Notes: generated by a model from the sequence alone, not told the origin. A stretch of 48,284 bases of DNA from an uncultured Oscillospiraceae bacterium (GCA_964465385.1 CAYXIM010000002.1:1-48284); one strand, 5' to 3'. Positions 19,311 to 28,857 are shown, counted from the first letter of the stretch. A program made the numbers and translations.

Positions 19311-19426
19311 GAAGATGACAATCCATCAGCGAAACCAATCCAGATGCCCCAGGGGCACGGGATGCAGCGCCACTGCCTGGATACCAGCTGCGTCCAAAGC
19401 CCTCAAAACACAACGAGGTGGTTTGC

Positions 19427-20611
19427 ATGCAGCAGTATGATTTCGATTCCTTGTCTCCGCGCCGCTTGGTCGGCTCGGTGAAGTGGCGTCTGGCCGAAAA
19501 GACCCCGGATCCCACATCCCTGGTTTATCCCTTCTCAATTGCAGACATGGATTTCCAGCCTGCGCCTGAGATTAAAGAAGCCCTGCAACAGGCGATACAA
19601 GACGGCCATCTGGGTTATTTTGAGCCCCAGCCAGCCTATTACGCCGCCATCCGGCGTTGGTTTGTGGACCATCACGCCTGTGACATCCAGCCTGACTGGG
19701 TGATCCAGGTCCCCAACATTGTCTATGCCCTTTACCAGCTGGTTTCGTCCTTCAGCCAGCCCGGGGATGGTGTCATCATTCAGCCGCCCGTTTATGCCCC
19801 CTTCTTTCATGCGGTTGAGCGCCAGGGACGCAAGCTGGTCTTCAACCCCCTCAAGCAAGAAGGGCAGGATTATGCCTTCGACCTGGCGGATCTGGAAGCC
19901 AAAGCCAAAGACCCCCGGGTTCGCCTGCTTCTCTTGTGCAGCCCACACAACCCGGTTGGCCGCGCCTGGACCCGTCAGGAGCTGGAGGCGGTCACGGCCA
20001 TTTGCATCAAGCACCAGGTGCTGGTGATCTCAGATGAAATCCATGCCGACCTGGTCTTCAAGCCACACCGGCACACCGTTTTATCCAGCCTGGGTGAAGC
20101 GGTGGCCAACCAGTCTTTCATCTGTACAGCGCCCAGCAAGAGCTTTAACCTGCCGGGCCTGTCCACTGCCAACCTGATCATCCCTAACCCCGACTTGCGC
20201 AAGCGCTTTTTGGCCGGCCAGTCCCGCTGTGGCATCAGCGGGGGTAACCTGTTGGGGACGGTTGCCTGCCAGGCGGCTTACGAAAAAGGCCGGGCCTGGC
20301 ACCAGGCCATGATGGCTTACCTGACCGAAAACCGCGCCCTGCTGACCAGCTGGATGGCCCGTGAGCTGCCCCAGCTGCCCATGGCTGACCTGCAGGCCAC
20401 GTTTTTGGCCTGGTTGGATCTACGCGCGCTGGGCATGGGTGAAAAACAGCGCCAGGCCTGGTTGGAAGCCAACCAGCTCTTTTTCCTGACCGGCTCCTTT
20501 TTTGGCCCCCAGGGACGTGGCTTTGAACGGCTGAACCTGGCCCTGCCCCAAAAGGCCCTCCAGGCGGGGCTGGAGCGGCTGAGTCAGGCAGTCAAGGCAT
20601 TGGACAGCTGA
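19427..20611 (+). CDS. patB: MalY/PatB family PLP-dependent C-S lyase (cystathionine beta-lyase-like aminotransferase class I/II)
   Basis: QQYDFDSLSPRRLVGSVKW..., LLLCSPHNPVGRAWT, SKSFNLPGL (PLP lysine context). The ATG at 19427 has a GAGGTGG RBS. Confidence 0.88.
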   Translation: MQQYDFDSLSPRRLVGSVKWRLAEKTPDPTSLVYPFSIADMDFQPAPEIKEALQQAIQDGHLGYFEPQPAYYAAIRRWFVDHHACDIQPDWVIQVPNIVYALYQLVSSFSQPGDGVIIQPPVYAPFFHAVERQGRKLVFNPLKQEGQDYAFDLADLEAKAKDPRVRLLLLCSPHNPVGRAWTRQELEAVTAICIKHQVLVISDEIHADLVFKPHRHTVLSSLGEAVANQSFICTAPSKSFNLPGLSTANLIIPNPDLRKRFLAGQSRCGISGGNLLGTVACQAAYEKGRAWHQAMMAYLTENRALLTSWMARELPQLPMADLQATFLAWLDLRALGMGEKQRQAWLEANQLFFLTGSFFGPQGRGFERLNLALPQKALQAGLERLSQAVKALDS

Positions 20612-20632
20612 CACAGCCACCAGGTTTGTCAC

Positions 20633-20664
20633 AAAAAGGCCGGTCTTTTCAGACCGGCCTTTTT
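20633..20664. terminator. bidirectional rho-independent terminator between convergent patB and the ABC ATPase gene
   Basis: AAAAAGGCCGGTCT-tttc-AGACCGGCCTTTTT: 11-bp GC-rich stem flanked by an A-run and a T-run. Confidence 0.9.
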
Positions 20665-20694
20665 AAAACACAAGTTGATACGTCTGCCGTTTGG

Positions 20695-21810
20695 TCAGCT
20701 CTGGATAACCAGCTCGGTCTCTTTGTCAAAGAGGTGGATGCGGTTGCCATCGATGGCCAGCGTGGTCATTTCGCCGACTTTGGACTGGCTGATGGTCGGT
20801 TCAACACGGGCAACCAGGTTGGTCATGCCACCAATGGTGACATACAGGTAGGTTTCTGCACCCAGCATCTCAACCACATCAACATGGGCCGGAAAGGCGG
20901 TCTGCGGGTTGTTTTCCACAAAGCGGCTGTCATCTGTCAAGGCTTCCGGACGAACACCGAAAATCACTTCTTTGCCATCATAGGCCAGAACCTCAGGCGT
21001 GGCGTATTTTTCAGGCAGGGTGATATCGATGTCGTTGAAGCTGACTACAACCTGACCGTCTTTAACCGACAGGTCAGCGTTGATGAAGTTCATGGGCGGC
21101 ATGCCGATGAAGCCCGCAACAAAGGTGTTTTTGGGACGCATGTAAAGGTTGGTCGGGTCATCAATCTGCTGGATGAACCCATCCTTCATGACCACAATCC
21201 GGGTACCCATGGTCATGGCTTCGGTCTGGTCATGGGTGACGTAGATGATGGTGGTCTGCAGCCGCTGATGCAGCTTGGTGATTTCAACACGCATCTGAAC
21301 ACGCAGTTTGGCATCCAGGTTTGAAAGCGGTTCGTCCATCAGGAAGACCTTGGGGTCACGCACAATGGCACGGCCCAGGGCAACACGCTGGCGCTGGCCA
21401 CCGGACAGGGCCTTGGGTTTACGATCCAGCAGGTGCTCGATCTCCAAAATCTTGGCCCCTTCGACGACACGGCGTTTGATTTCATCTTTGGGTGTTTTAC
21501 GCAGTTTCAGACCAAAAGCCATGTTGTCAAAAACCGTCATGTGTGGATACAAGGCGTAGTTTTGGAAAACCATGGCGATGTCACGGTCTTTGGGCTGAAC
21601 GTCGTTGACCAGACGGTCATCAATGTAGATTTCACCTTCTGTGATTTCTTCCAGGCCTGCGATCATACGCAGCGTGGTGGATTTACCACAACCGGACGGA
21701 CCAACCAGAATGATGAACTCTTTGTCTGCAATGTCAATGTTGAAGTCACTGACAGCGACGACGCCCCCTTCAAATTTCTTGTATATGTTTTTCAACGTTA
21801 CACTGGCCAT
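20695..21810 (-). CDS. sugar ABC transporter ATP-binding protein, MalK/UgpC/MsmX family (orphan, no adjacent permease)
   Basis: [16 protein letters not shown]...[23 protein letters not shown]...[16 protein letters not shown], plus a MalK-type C-terminal regulatory domain. Confidence 0.92.
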   Translation of the reverse strand: MASVTLKNIYKKFEGGVVAVSDFNIDIADKEFIILVGPSGCGKSTTLRMIAGLEEITEGEIYIDDRLVNDVQPKDRDIAMVFQNYALYPHMTVFDNMAFGLKLRKTPKDEIKRRVVEGAKILEIEHLLDRKPKALSGGQRQRVALGRAIVRDPKVFLMDEPLSNLDAKLRVQMRVEITKLHQRLQTTIIYVTHDQTEAMTMGTRIVVMKDGFIQQIDDPTNLYMRPKNTFVAGFIGMPPMNFINADLSVKDGQVVVSFNDIDITLPEKYATPEVLAYDGKEVIFGVRPEALTDDSRFVENNPQTAFPAHVDVVEMLGAETYLYVTIGGMTNLVARVEPTISQSKVGEMTTLAIDGNRIHLFDKETELVIQS

Positions 21811-22051
21811 AGAAACCTCCCTTTAGCCCTACAGGATATTATGCGGATTTCCCGCATCGCATATAGAATAATAACACTAGCCGTCTGACAGCGCCATACG
21901 CAAATACTACCAAAACTTGTCGGACAAATTTGGCAATCCGCTTGCAGGGGATTGACAAAGACACCAAACGACCTTTTTGATTTTTGGCAAACCTGCCTAA
22001 CCTGGGTCGCCCTCATGCCGTTTTTCCCAAGCAGCAGGGGTAATTTAGCGC

Positions 22052-22080
22052 TTGCACTTTGTTTATTTATTCAGTATAGT
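22052..22080 (+). promoter_or_regulatory. sigma-A promoter of the arg operon
   Basis: TTGCAC (22052-22057), 17-nt spacer, TATAGT (22075-22080), about 30 nt upstream of argC. Confidence 0.7.
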
Positions 22081-22095
22081 GTATAAATATTAATG
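22058..22095 (+). promoter_or_regulatory. two tandem ARG boxes (ArgR/AhrC operator) overlapping the -10 and the transcription start
   Basis: Cores TGTTTATTTATTCA (22060-22073) and TGTATAAATATTAA (22080-22093) each match TGAATwwwwATTCA at 12/14 positions and sit 20 bp apart. Confidence 0.55.
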
Positions 22096-22103
22096 CTGAA
22101 AGG

Positions 22104-23168
22104 ATGAATGACATGAACCATCAAAAAAGAGTAGGCCTTGTCGGTGCCAGTGGCTATGTGGCCTATGAGCTGATGGGCGTGCTGTGCCGACACCCGCATT
22201 TCACCCTGACCCAACTGGTTTCCCACAGCCAGGCCGGCAAAAACCTGACCGACCTGATGCCGGCCTTCAAGGGGGTTTTGGATTTGCCTTTAAATGCCCT
22301 GGACCCTGACCAGCTGGCTGACACGTGTGATTTTGTCATCACCGCGCTGCCTCACGGCATTTCTTCAACCGTGGTGCCCGAGCTGTTGGCACGCGGGCTG
22401 CGCGTCCTGGACCACAGCGGTGATTTTCGCTACCGTGATGTCTCCGTCTATGAAGCGGTCTACCAACTTAAGCACCCCAGGCCGGACCTGCTGGACCAGG
22501 CCGTCTATGGCTTTCCCGAAGGCTACCGGGATCAGCTGGCAGATGCCGACCTGGTGGCCAACCCGGGTTGCTATCCCACCTGTTCACTGATCGCCCTCAT
22601 GCCCCTTTTAAAAAGCGGGCTTATCGATCCGGCAACCATCATCATTGATGCCAGCTCTGGCGTCAGCGGCGCCGGCCGGCAACATGCGACCGCCTTTTCC
22701 TTTTGTGAAGCGGCCGAAAGCTTTCGTGCCTATGGTGCGGTCGGCCACCGGCACACGTCCGAGATCGAGCAAGAGGCAGGCTTGATGACCGCCGATCAAA
22801 GCCCTTTGAAACTGACCTTTACCCCCCACCTGGCTCCCATGAAACGCGGGCTGTTTGCAACCGTCTATGCCACTTTAAAGCCCGGCGTGGACCCCCAGGA
22901 CCTGCTGGCCAGCTACCAGGCCACTTATGCCAACGAGCCCTTTGTGCGTGTCCTGCCGCAAGGTCAGCTGCCCGACACCAAACACGTGGTCCACAGCAAC
23001 TTTGCCGATTGCACCGTCCTGGCAGACCCCAGGACCGGCACCGTCAAAATGCTGTGCGCCATCGACAACCTGGGCAAGGGTGCCGCCTGGCAGGCCATCC
23101 AGGCCCTCAACATCATGGCCGGCTTTGACGAAACCGCCGGTCTCATTCAGCCTGGGCGGCCGATTTAA
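22104..23168 (+). CDS. argC: N-acetyl-gamma-glutamyl-phosphate reductase
   Basis: VGLVGASGYVAYELMGVLCRHPHF and the active-site context NPGCYPT. A start at 22113 is also possible, with better RBS spacing. Confidence 0.95.
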   Translation: MNDMNHQKRVGLVGASGYVAYELMGVLCRHPHFTLTQLVSHSQAGKNLTDLMPAFKGVLDLPLNALDPDQLADTCDFVITALPHGISSTVVPELLARGLRVLDHSGDFRYRDVSVYEAVYQLKHPRPDLLDQAVYGFPEGYRDQLADADLVANPGCYPTCSLIALMPLLKSGLIDPATIIIDASSGVSGAGRQHATAFSFCEAAESFRAYGAVGHRHTSEIEQEAGLMTADQSPLKLTFTPHLAPMKRGLFATVYATLKPGVDPQDLLASYQATYANEPFVRVLPQGQLPDTKHVVHSNFADCTVLADPRTGTVKMLCAIDNLGKGAAWQAIQALNIMAGFDETAGLIQPGRPI

Positions 23169-23186
23169 GCCTGAAGGAGAAAACCC

Positions 23187-24146
23187 ATGCAAAGCCTGAC
23201 TGTTCAAGAAACCCAGGACATCATTGCCAAAGCTGAGGTGCTGGTTGAGGCGCTCCCTTACATCCAGAGCCTGGCGGGCAAGACCATCGTCATCAAATAC
23301 GGTGGCAACGCCATGATCGATGACCAGCTTAAAAGCCAGGTGATGGAAGACATCACCTTGCTCAAATTCGTCGGTATCAACCCGGTGGTTGTCCACGGCG
23401 GCGGCCCCGACATCACCGACATGCTCGGCAGGCTGTCCATTGAATCACGTTTTATCAATGGCCTGCGGGTGACCGATGCCCAGACCATGACCGTGGCACA
23501 AATGGTCCTGGTGGGCAAGACCAACAAGGAGATCGTCGCCGGCCTCAACCAGAAGGGGGCACAGGCCATCGGTCTGTCAGGTATAGACGGCTCCCTGATT
23601 GAATGCGAGCAAATCACCCGGGACCGCGACGGCAAACCGTTGGATCTGGGCTTTGTCGGCCGCATCACCCGGATCAAGACACCGGTTTTACAAATGCTGG
23701 CTCATGACGCCTATATCCCGGTCCTGGCACCCATCGGTATCGGCCCGGACGGATCCAGCTACAACATCAACGCTGACACAGTTGCTGCCGAGGTGGCCGC
23801 AGCCCTGCAGGCCGAAAAATTAATCATGTTGACCGATGTGGAAGGGGTCAAGATCCAGGCCCCCGAGGGTGGTTCCTTCGTGGTTTCCACCCTCAATGAA
23901 GCCGAGATCAGCCGCCTGATTGCCAACAATGAAATCAGTGGCGGCATGATTCCCAAGGTGCTGGGCTGCCTGGACACCGTCAAGCGGGGCGTCAAGCGTG
24001 CACACATCATCGACGGCCGGGTGCCCCACTGTCTGTTGCTGGAAATCTTCACCAACAAAGGCATCGGTACCATGATCACCCACGGATCAAACGGCCACAA
24101 CCATCAGGAGGACGCCCATGCACACGCAACAACCCACACCCCTTGA
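23187..24146 (+). CDS. argB: acetylglutamate kinase (His-rich C-terminal tail)
   Basis: [12 protein letters not shown]...[10 protein letters not shown]...[11 protein letters not shown]. Confidence 0.95.
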   Translation: MQSLTVQETQDIIAKAEVLVEALPYIQSLAGKTIVIKYGGNAMIDDQLKSQVMEDITLLKFVGINPVVVHGGGPDITDMLGRLSIESRFINGLRVTDAQTMTVAQMVLVGKTNKEIVAGLNQKGAQAIGLSGIDGSLIECEQITRDRDGKPLDLGFVGRITRIKTPVLQMLAHDAYIPVLAPIGIGPDGSSYNINADTVAAEVAAALQAEKLIMLTDVEGVKIQAPEGGSFVVSTLNEAEISRLIANNEISGGMIPKVLGCLDTVKRGVKRAHIIDGRVPHCLLLEIFTNKGIGTMITHGSNGHNHQEDAHAHATTHTP

Positions 24147-25353
24147 TCACAGCCTGGCAACCACCACTGCCTTGGATGAAGCCTATTTCATGCCTGTTTT
24201 CGGCAAGCGGATGCCCCTGTGCGCCGTGGCCGGCCAGGGGCTTGAACTGATCGACCAAAGGGGAAACCGTTACCTGGACATGATCGGGGGAATCGCTGTC
24301 AACGTGCTGGGCCACGCCCACCCCCGGCTGACCCGGGCCATCTGCCAACAGGCTGGTCAGCTCATCCATTGCAGCAACTATTACTATATCCCCCAGCAAG
24401 CCCTGCTGGCCAAACGGCTGGCCGACCTGTCCGGACTGGACGGGGCGCGGGTCTTTTTTGGCAACAGCGGCGCTGAAGCCAACGAGGCTGCCATCAAATT
24501 GGTGCGTGGTTTTTTCTATTACCAGGGAAAAGCCCGCAGTCAGATCATCACCACGACCCATTCTTTCCATGGCCGCACCCTGGCAACCGCAACAGCCACC
24601 GGACAGGACAAGATCAGCCGGCCCTTTGCCCCGCTCCCGCCCGGTTTTTCATCGGTCCCCTTTAACGATATCAAGGCCCTGTCCGAAGCCATCAGCGACC
24701 AGACTGGCGCTGTCATGCTGGAACTGGTTCAGGGAGAGCGTGGCGTCATTCCCGCCGATCCCGCTTATGTGGATGCTGTTGCATCTCTGTGTCGGGAAAC
24801 AGGTGCCCTGCTGGTTGTGGATGAAATACAGACCGGCATGGGCCGGACCGGTCGGTTTTTTGCCTATGAGCAATACGGCATCAAGCCCGACATCGTGACC
24901 CTGGCCAAAGGCCTGGGCGGCGGCCTGCCCATCGGTGCGGTGCTTGCCAATGGCCGGGCCAGCCAGGGCTTTCGCCTGGGCGATCACGGTAGCACCTTTG
25001 GCGGCAACCCCCTGGCCTGCCAGGCTGCCCTGGCTGTTTTAGATGAAATCGAAGACGCACAACTCATCCAGGCGGCAAGGACGCAGGGCCAGCTGCTGAT
25101 GCAGGGCCTGCGTCAGGTGGCCGCCCACCAGCCGTTGATCTCGGATGTGCGCGGCATGGGTCTCATGGTCGGTGTTTCCTACACAGCACCCATCGCCGTC
25201 CGCTTGAAAGAAGCGCTCATGCAAGCTGGCATCCTGATCGGGTCCGTGGGGGAAACCACCAGCCGCCTGCTGCCGCCCTTGATCATCCAACCCCAGGAAC
25301 TTGACACCTTCCTGACTGTTTACAAACGCGAACTGGAGGCGCTGACCACATGA
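24118..25353 (+). CDS. argD: acetylornithine aminotransferase
   Basis: AGGAGG RBS 6 nt before the ATG at 24118. Class III aminotransferase motifs [48 protein letters not shown]. Confidence 0.93.
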   Translation: MHTQQPTPLDHSLATTTALDEAYFMPVFGKRMPLCAVAGQGLELIDQRGNRYLDMIGGIAVNVLGHAHPRLTRAICQQAGQLIHCSNYYYIPQQALLAKRLADLSGLDGARVFFGNSGAEANEAAIKLVRGFFYYQGKARSQIITTTHSFHGRTLATATATGQDKISRPFAPLPPGFSSVPFNDIKALSEAISDQTGAVMLELVQGERGVIPADPAYVDAVASLCRETGALLVVDEIQTGMGRTGRFFAYEQYGIKPDIVTLAKGLGGGLPIGAVLANGRASQGFRLGDHGSTFGGNPLACQAALAVLDEIEDAQLIQAARTQGQLLMQGLRQVAAHQPLISDVRGMGLMVGVSYTAPIAVRLKEALMQAGILIGSVGETTSRLLPPLIIQPQELDTFLTVYKRELEALTT

Positions 25354-26279
25354 AAGATTTCATCTGCCTGGCAGACCTGAGCCCAGAAAGCCTGTCCGAC
25401 CTGCTGGATCTGGCCGTCCGTCTGAAAAAAGACCACAAGGCCGAACAGGCCAGACCGCTGTTGAAAAACAAGGTTCTGGGCATGGTTTTTGCCAAATCAT
25501 CGACCCGGACACGTGTGTCCTTCGAGGTGGGTATGCTGCAGCTGGGCGGACAGGCCCTCTTTCTCAGCGACCGGGACCTGCAGCTGGGACGCGGTGAGTC
25601 TTTGGCGGACACGGCACAGGTGCTGTCACGCTTTGTGGACGGCCTCATGATCCGCACCCACCGCCACCAGGACGTGATTGACCTGGCTCAGGCGGCAAGT
25701 ATCCCTGTCATCAACGGCCTGACCGACCAGGCACACCCCTGTCAGGCCCTGGCAGACCTGTTGACCATCCAGGAGCACCACGGTACGTTGAACGGCTTAA
25801 AGCTGGCTTATCTGGGTGATGGCAACAACGTGGCCCAGTCCCTGCTGGTGGCTGCAGCCCTGGCCGGTATGGACATGGCCGTGGCCTCTCCGGCTGGCCA
25901 CGGCTGTCGTGAAGACCTGGTGGAACGAGCCAGGCAACTGGCACAGGCATCAGGCAGCAGCCTCCTGCTGACACATGACCCACTTGAGGCGGTGGAGGGA
26001 GCCCATGCCGTCTACACCGACACGTGGGTCAGCATGGGACAAGAGGCGGAAAAAGACGTGCGCATCCAGCGCTTTGGCCCTTATCAGGTCAACCAGAACC
26101 TGATGGACCGGGCCAGCAAAGGGGCCTTGTTTATGCATTGCCTGCCAGCCTACCGCGGCCTGGAGGTCACGGCACAGGTGATCGATGGGCCAGCCTCCGT
26201 CGTGTTTGACCAGGCTGAAAACCGTCTGCACGCCCAAAAGGCCGTCCTGGTCCGCCTCTTGGCGGCAAAGGGCCTGTGA
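25350..26279 (+). CDS. argF: ornithine carbamoyltransferase
   Basis: STRTRVSFE, HPCQALADLLT and HCLPAYRG motifs; start overlaps the argD stop. Confidence 0.95.
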   Translation: MKDFICLADLSPESLSDLLDLAVRLKKDHKAEQARPLLKNKVLGMVFAKSSTRTRVSFEVGMLQLGGQALFLSDRDLQLGRGESLADTAQVLSRFVDGLMIRTHRHQDVIDLAQAASIPVINGLTDQAHPCQALADLLTIQEHHGTLNGLKLAYLGDGNNVAQSLLVAAALAGMDMAVASPAGHGCREDLVERARQLAQASGSSLLLTHDPLEAVEGAHAVYTDTWVSMGQEAEKDVRIQRFGPYQVNQNLMDRASKGALFMHCLPAYRGLEVTAQVIDGPASVVFDQAENRLHAQKAVLVRLLAAKGL

Positions 26280-26288
26280 GGCCAGCGA

Positions 26289-26750
26289 TCAGCTCAGGGG
26301 AAAGTCCAGGCCGGCTGTGCTTCTTCGGAGCAGCAAGAACCAGGCAGCCAGGGCCACCAGCACCAGCAGCTGAAGGAGCAAAAAAACAAGCCCGATCAGG
26401 TTGAACAACCTGGCTCGTTCTGCTTGCTTTTGGGCGTGCTGTGCCTGGCTTTCTCCGGCTGCCAACAGGGCGAAAACCAATGCCGTCAAGCCCGACAAGA
26501 AGCTGATGCCAAAACCAAAACCCAGCATGTTGAAGAGGGCCAAAAGAACCGTTCCTGTCAGCGGTGGCCTTTTTTCCCTTGGCCCCGCTGGCTGCCCCTG
26601 GGGAAAGCGGCCATCGCGAAAAGGATCATAATCCGGGCGCAAGTAGGCCGTGTGGCCAGCTTGCTGCCAGCTGTCTTTCAAGGGCCGGCCACAATGGGGG
26701 CAAAAGGCCCCCGCGCCTTGTGTGTCCTGCATGCAATTCAAACAACGCAT
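26289..26750 (-). CDS. zinc-ribbon domain membrane protein, function unknown
   Basis: MRCLNCMQ...FCPHCGRP (CxxC...CxxC), then three hydrophobic segments. AAAGGAG RBS 6 nt before the ATG at 26750, 30 nt after the ribU stop. Confidence 0.75.
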   Translation of the reverse strand: MRCLNCMQDTQGAGAFCPHCGRPLKDSWQQAGHTAYLRPDYDPFRDGRFPQGQPAGPREKRPPLTGTVLLALFNMLGFGFGISFLSGLTALVFALLAAGESQAQHAQKQAERARLFNLIGLVFLLLQLLVLVALAAWFLLLRRSTAGLDFPLS

Positions 26751-26780
26751 CGTCGACTCCTTTGTGTGCAAGCCTGGTTT

Positions 26781-27398
26781 TCAGCAATGCAGCAAGGGGC
26801 TGATACGCTTATAGATCAAGGCGACAACCCAGGAAACCACCAGGCCCTTGAAAAGGTTAAAGGGGATGAAGACAAACACGATCAAGGACTTGAGATCGGT
26901 CACCAGGCGGTTGCCTGACTCGTGCACCATGCCGATGATGGCATCCATGGGCAGGCCCATGACCTGAACGTAAAAGGGGATCATGATCCAGTAGTTGATC
27001 ACGCTGGCCAACAGCGTCATGACCAGGGTTCCGACGGCCATGCCCAGGTAGGCGTTTTTGCGTGTCTTGGCCCGCCGGTAGAAAAAACCAGCTGTGCCCA
27101 CAAAGGCCGATCCAACCACAAAATTGGCCAGCTCTCCGGTCCCACCCGTGTGGGTGACCGGCAGGTGCAGCAGGTTCTTGATCAATTCCACCAGGATGCC
27201 GGTCCAGGGCCCCATGGCGAAAGAGGCCAGCAAAACGGCGATCTCACTGAAGTCAAACTTCAAAAAAACCGGCATGAGCGGTAAAGACAGCTCCAGGTAC
27301 ATGAGCGCAACGGCCACAGCTGACAGGATGCCGGTTTTGGCAATCCAGCGGGTCCGTTCTTTTTTGATGGCACACAGCCCCTTGTCTTGTTCGTGCAT
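26781..27398 (-). CDS. ribU: ECF transporter S component, riboflavin transporter RibU-like
   Basis: FLKFDFSEIAVLLASFAMGP, GELANF and IPFNLFKG resemble B. subtilis RibU/YpaA as I recall it. An FMN riboswitch lies directly upstream. ACAGGAGG RBS before the ATG at 27398. Confidence 0.85.
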   Translation of the reverse strand: MHEQDKGLCAIKKERTRWIAKTGILSAVAVALMYLELSLPLMPVFLKFDFSEIAVLLASFAMGPWTGILVELIKNLLHLPVTHTGGTGELANFVVGSAFVGTAGFFYRRAKTRKNAYLGMAVGTLVMTLLASVINYWIMIPFYVQVMGLPMDAIIGMVHESGNRLVTDLKSLIVFVFIPFNLFKGLVVSWVVALIYKRISPLLHC

Positions 27399-27415
27399 GA
27401 TCTGCCTCCTGTCAT

Positions 27416-27443
27416 CACAAAAAAATGCCCCGTCGGGGCATTG
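27416..27443 (-). terminator. intrinsic terminator (expression platform of the FMN riboswitch)
   Basis: Minus strand AATGCCCCgacGGGGCATT followed by a T-run, between the aptamer and the ribU RBS. Confidence 0.85.
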
Positions 27444-27458
27444 TGTCAACATGTATGA

Positions 27459-27598
27459 CGCTTCCTTCCATCCAGACTTTCACTGTCGGCCCAGGAATCC
27501 AACCTGGTCAGCCGGTCGCCGTCAGACGACGCGGGTCGCGGGCTCATCCCCCTCAGGGGTTTTACCGCCGGTAGGGAGTTACACCCTGCCCCGGAAAC
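27459..27598 (-). promoter_or_regulatory. FMN riboswitch (RFN element)
   Basis: Minus strand TTCCGGGGCAGGGTGTAACTCCCTACCGGCGGTAAAACC...GAGCCCGCGACCCGC...GGTTGGATTCCTGGGCCGACAGTGAAAGTCTGGATGGAAGGAAG matches the conserved RFN core almost position by position. Confidence 0.92.
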
Positions 27599-27618
27599 AC
27601 TTATTTGATTGTCGTTCC

Positions 27619-27647
27619 ATTATAGGCCTTTTGGCCAGCCGGTTCAA
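27619..27647 (-). promoter_or_regulatory. sigma-A promoter driving the FMN riboswitch-ribU transcript
   Basis: Minus strand TTGAAC (27642-27647), 17-nt spacer, TATAAT (27619-27624). The -35 element overlaps the alr stop codon. Confidence 0.7.
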
Positions 27648-28849
27648 GTCTTTGAGCAACTGTCGCTGCGGCCGACGTCCTGGCGGACACAGACGGGCCG
27701 GCCCGCACGCATGTAAAGCTTGGGCAGCCGGCGCCCCACCAGACAGGTCATCTCATAGTGTATGGACGCTGACCAGCGGGCCAGGTCAGCAACCGGCAGG
27801 GTTTGCGCCTGGTCCCCAAAAAGAATCACGTCTTCCCCCGGCTGGATGGCTGCGCCACCGGCTTCAGTCACGTCCACCATGCACAGGTCCATGCAAATGC
27901 TGCCCAACAAGGGGGCCCGCTTGCCGCGGATCAGCACGCTGGCCCGACCGGCCAGGCGTCGCAGGTAACCATCCGCATAACCGATGGACAAGGTGGCAAC
28001 TTGCCGGTCTGTTGTCAAGCGGCAGCTGTTGCCATAACCCACCTGAGAGCCGGCCGGAATCAGCTGGTTGCGCACCACGCGTGTCTTAACGGTCATCACC
28101 GGTTTGAGCTTGTGCCCCGGGTCCAGATGATTGGCTGGCAGCATGCCGTAAAGAATCAGGCCCGGCCGCACCAAGTCCAGATGCATGTGTGGAAATCGCA
28201 GGGTCGCCGCACTGTTGCACACGTGCTGGATGGGAATGGACAGGCCCTGCTGTGCCAACTGCTGACTAAACCGCATAAAACGGTCAAACGCCGCCCTGGT
28301 CTCTCGCTCGTCCACCTGATCTGCTGCCGGGAAATGGGTGAACAAACCCGCCAGGTGCAGCCCGGGCAGGGCCTGCATACCCGTCAGGACAGCCACGGTT
28401 TCGGCTTGCGGCATGAGACCGATCCGGCTCATGCCCGTGTCGATCTTGACATGAACCGACAGCCGTTTGTTTTGCTTGACCGCCTGGTCCGACAGGGCCT
28501 GGGCCGACTGGGCACAAAAAACGGTGGGGGTCAGGTCATAAGCGACCACAGCCTCTGAACAGGCAGCCGGTGTAGGCCCCAGGATAAGGATGGGCGCCTG
28601 TATCCCAGCCTGGCGCAGCTCAATCGCTTCATCCAGGCAGGCCACCGCCAGGCGATCGGCTCCATGTTGTAGTAAAACCGGTGCGATGTGCCGGGCCCCA
28701 TGGCCATACGCATCTGCCTTAACAACAGCAGCCACCCGGCTGCCCGGACGAATCAAGGAGCGGATGTGGCGCATGTTAGCAGCCAGCAGGTCCAGGTCCA
28801 CCTCAACCCAGGCGCGGCTTTGTGCCCGATCCAATGTGTGGCGGTCCAT
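27644..28849 (-). CDS. alr: alanine racemase
   Basis: AVVKADAYGHG PLP-lysine motif and a typical C-terminal beta domain. ATG at 28849; the ORF is open to a GTG at 28864. Confidence 0.93.
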   Translation of the reverse strand: MDRHTLDRAQSRAWVEVDLDLLAANMRHIRSLIRPGSRVAAVVKADAYGHGARHIAPVLLQHGADRLAVACLDEAIELRQAGIQAPILILGPTPAACSEAVVAYDLTPTVFCAQSAQALSDQAVKQNKRLSVHVKIDTGMSRIGLMPQAETVAVLTGMQALPGLHLAGLFTHFPAADQVDERETRAAFDRFMRFSQQLAQQGLSIPIQHVCNSAATLRFPHMHLDLVRPGLILYGMLPANHLDPGHKLKPVMTVKTRVVRNQLIPAGSQVGYGNSCRLTTDRQVATLSIGYADGYLRRLAGRASVLIRGKRAPLLGSICMDLCMVDVTEAGGAAIQPGEDVILFGDQAQTLPVADLARWSASIHYEMTCLVGRRLPKLYMRAGRPVCVRQDVGRSDSCSKT

Positions 28850-28857
28850 GCCCACAC

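Noticed and set aside
27630-27650. GGTTCAAGTC, which resembles a tRNA T-arm.
   Set aside because: It is the end of the alr coding sequence and the -35 of the ribU promoter. No acceptor or anticodon arms can be drawn. No tRNA genes were found anywhere in the window.
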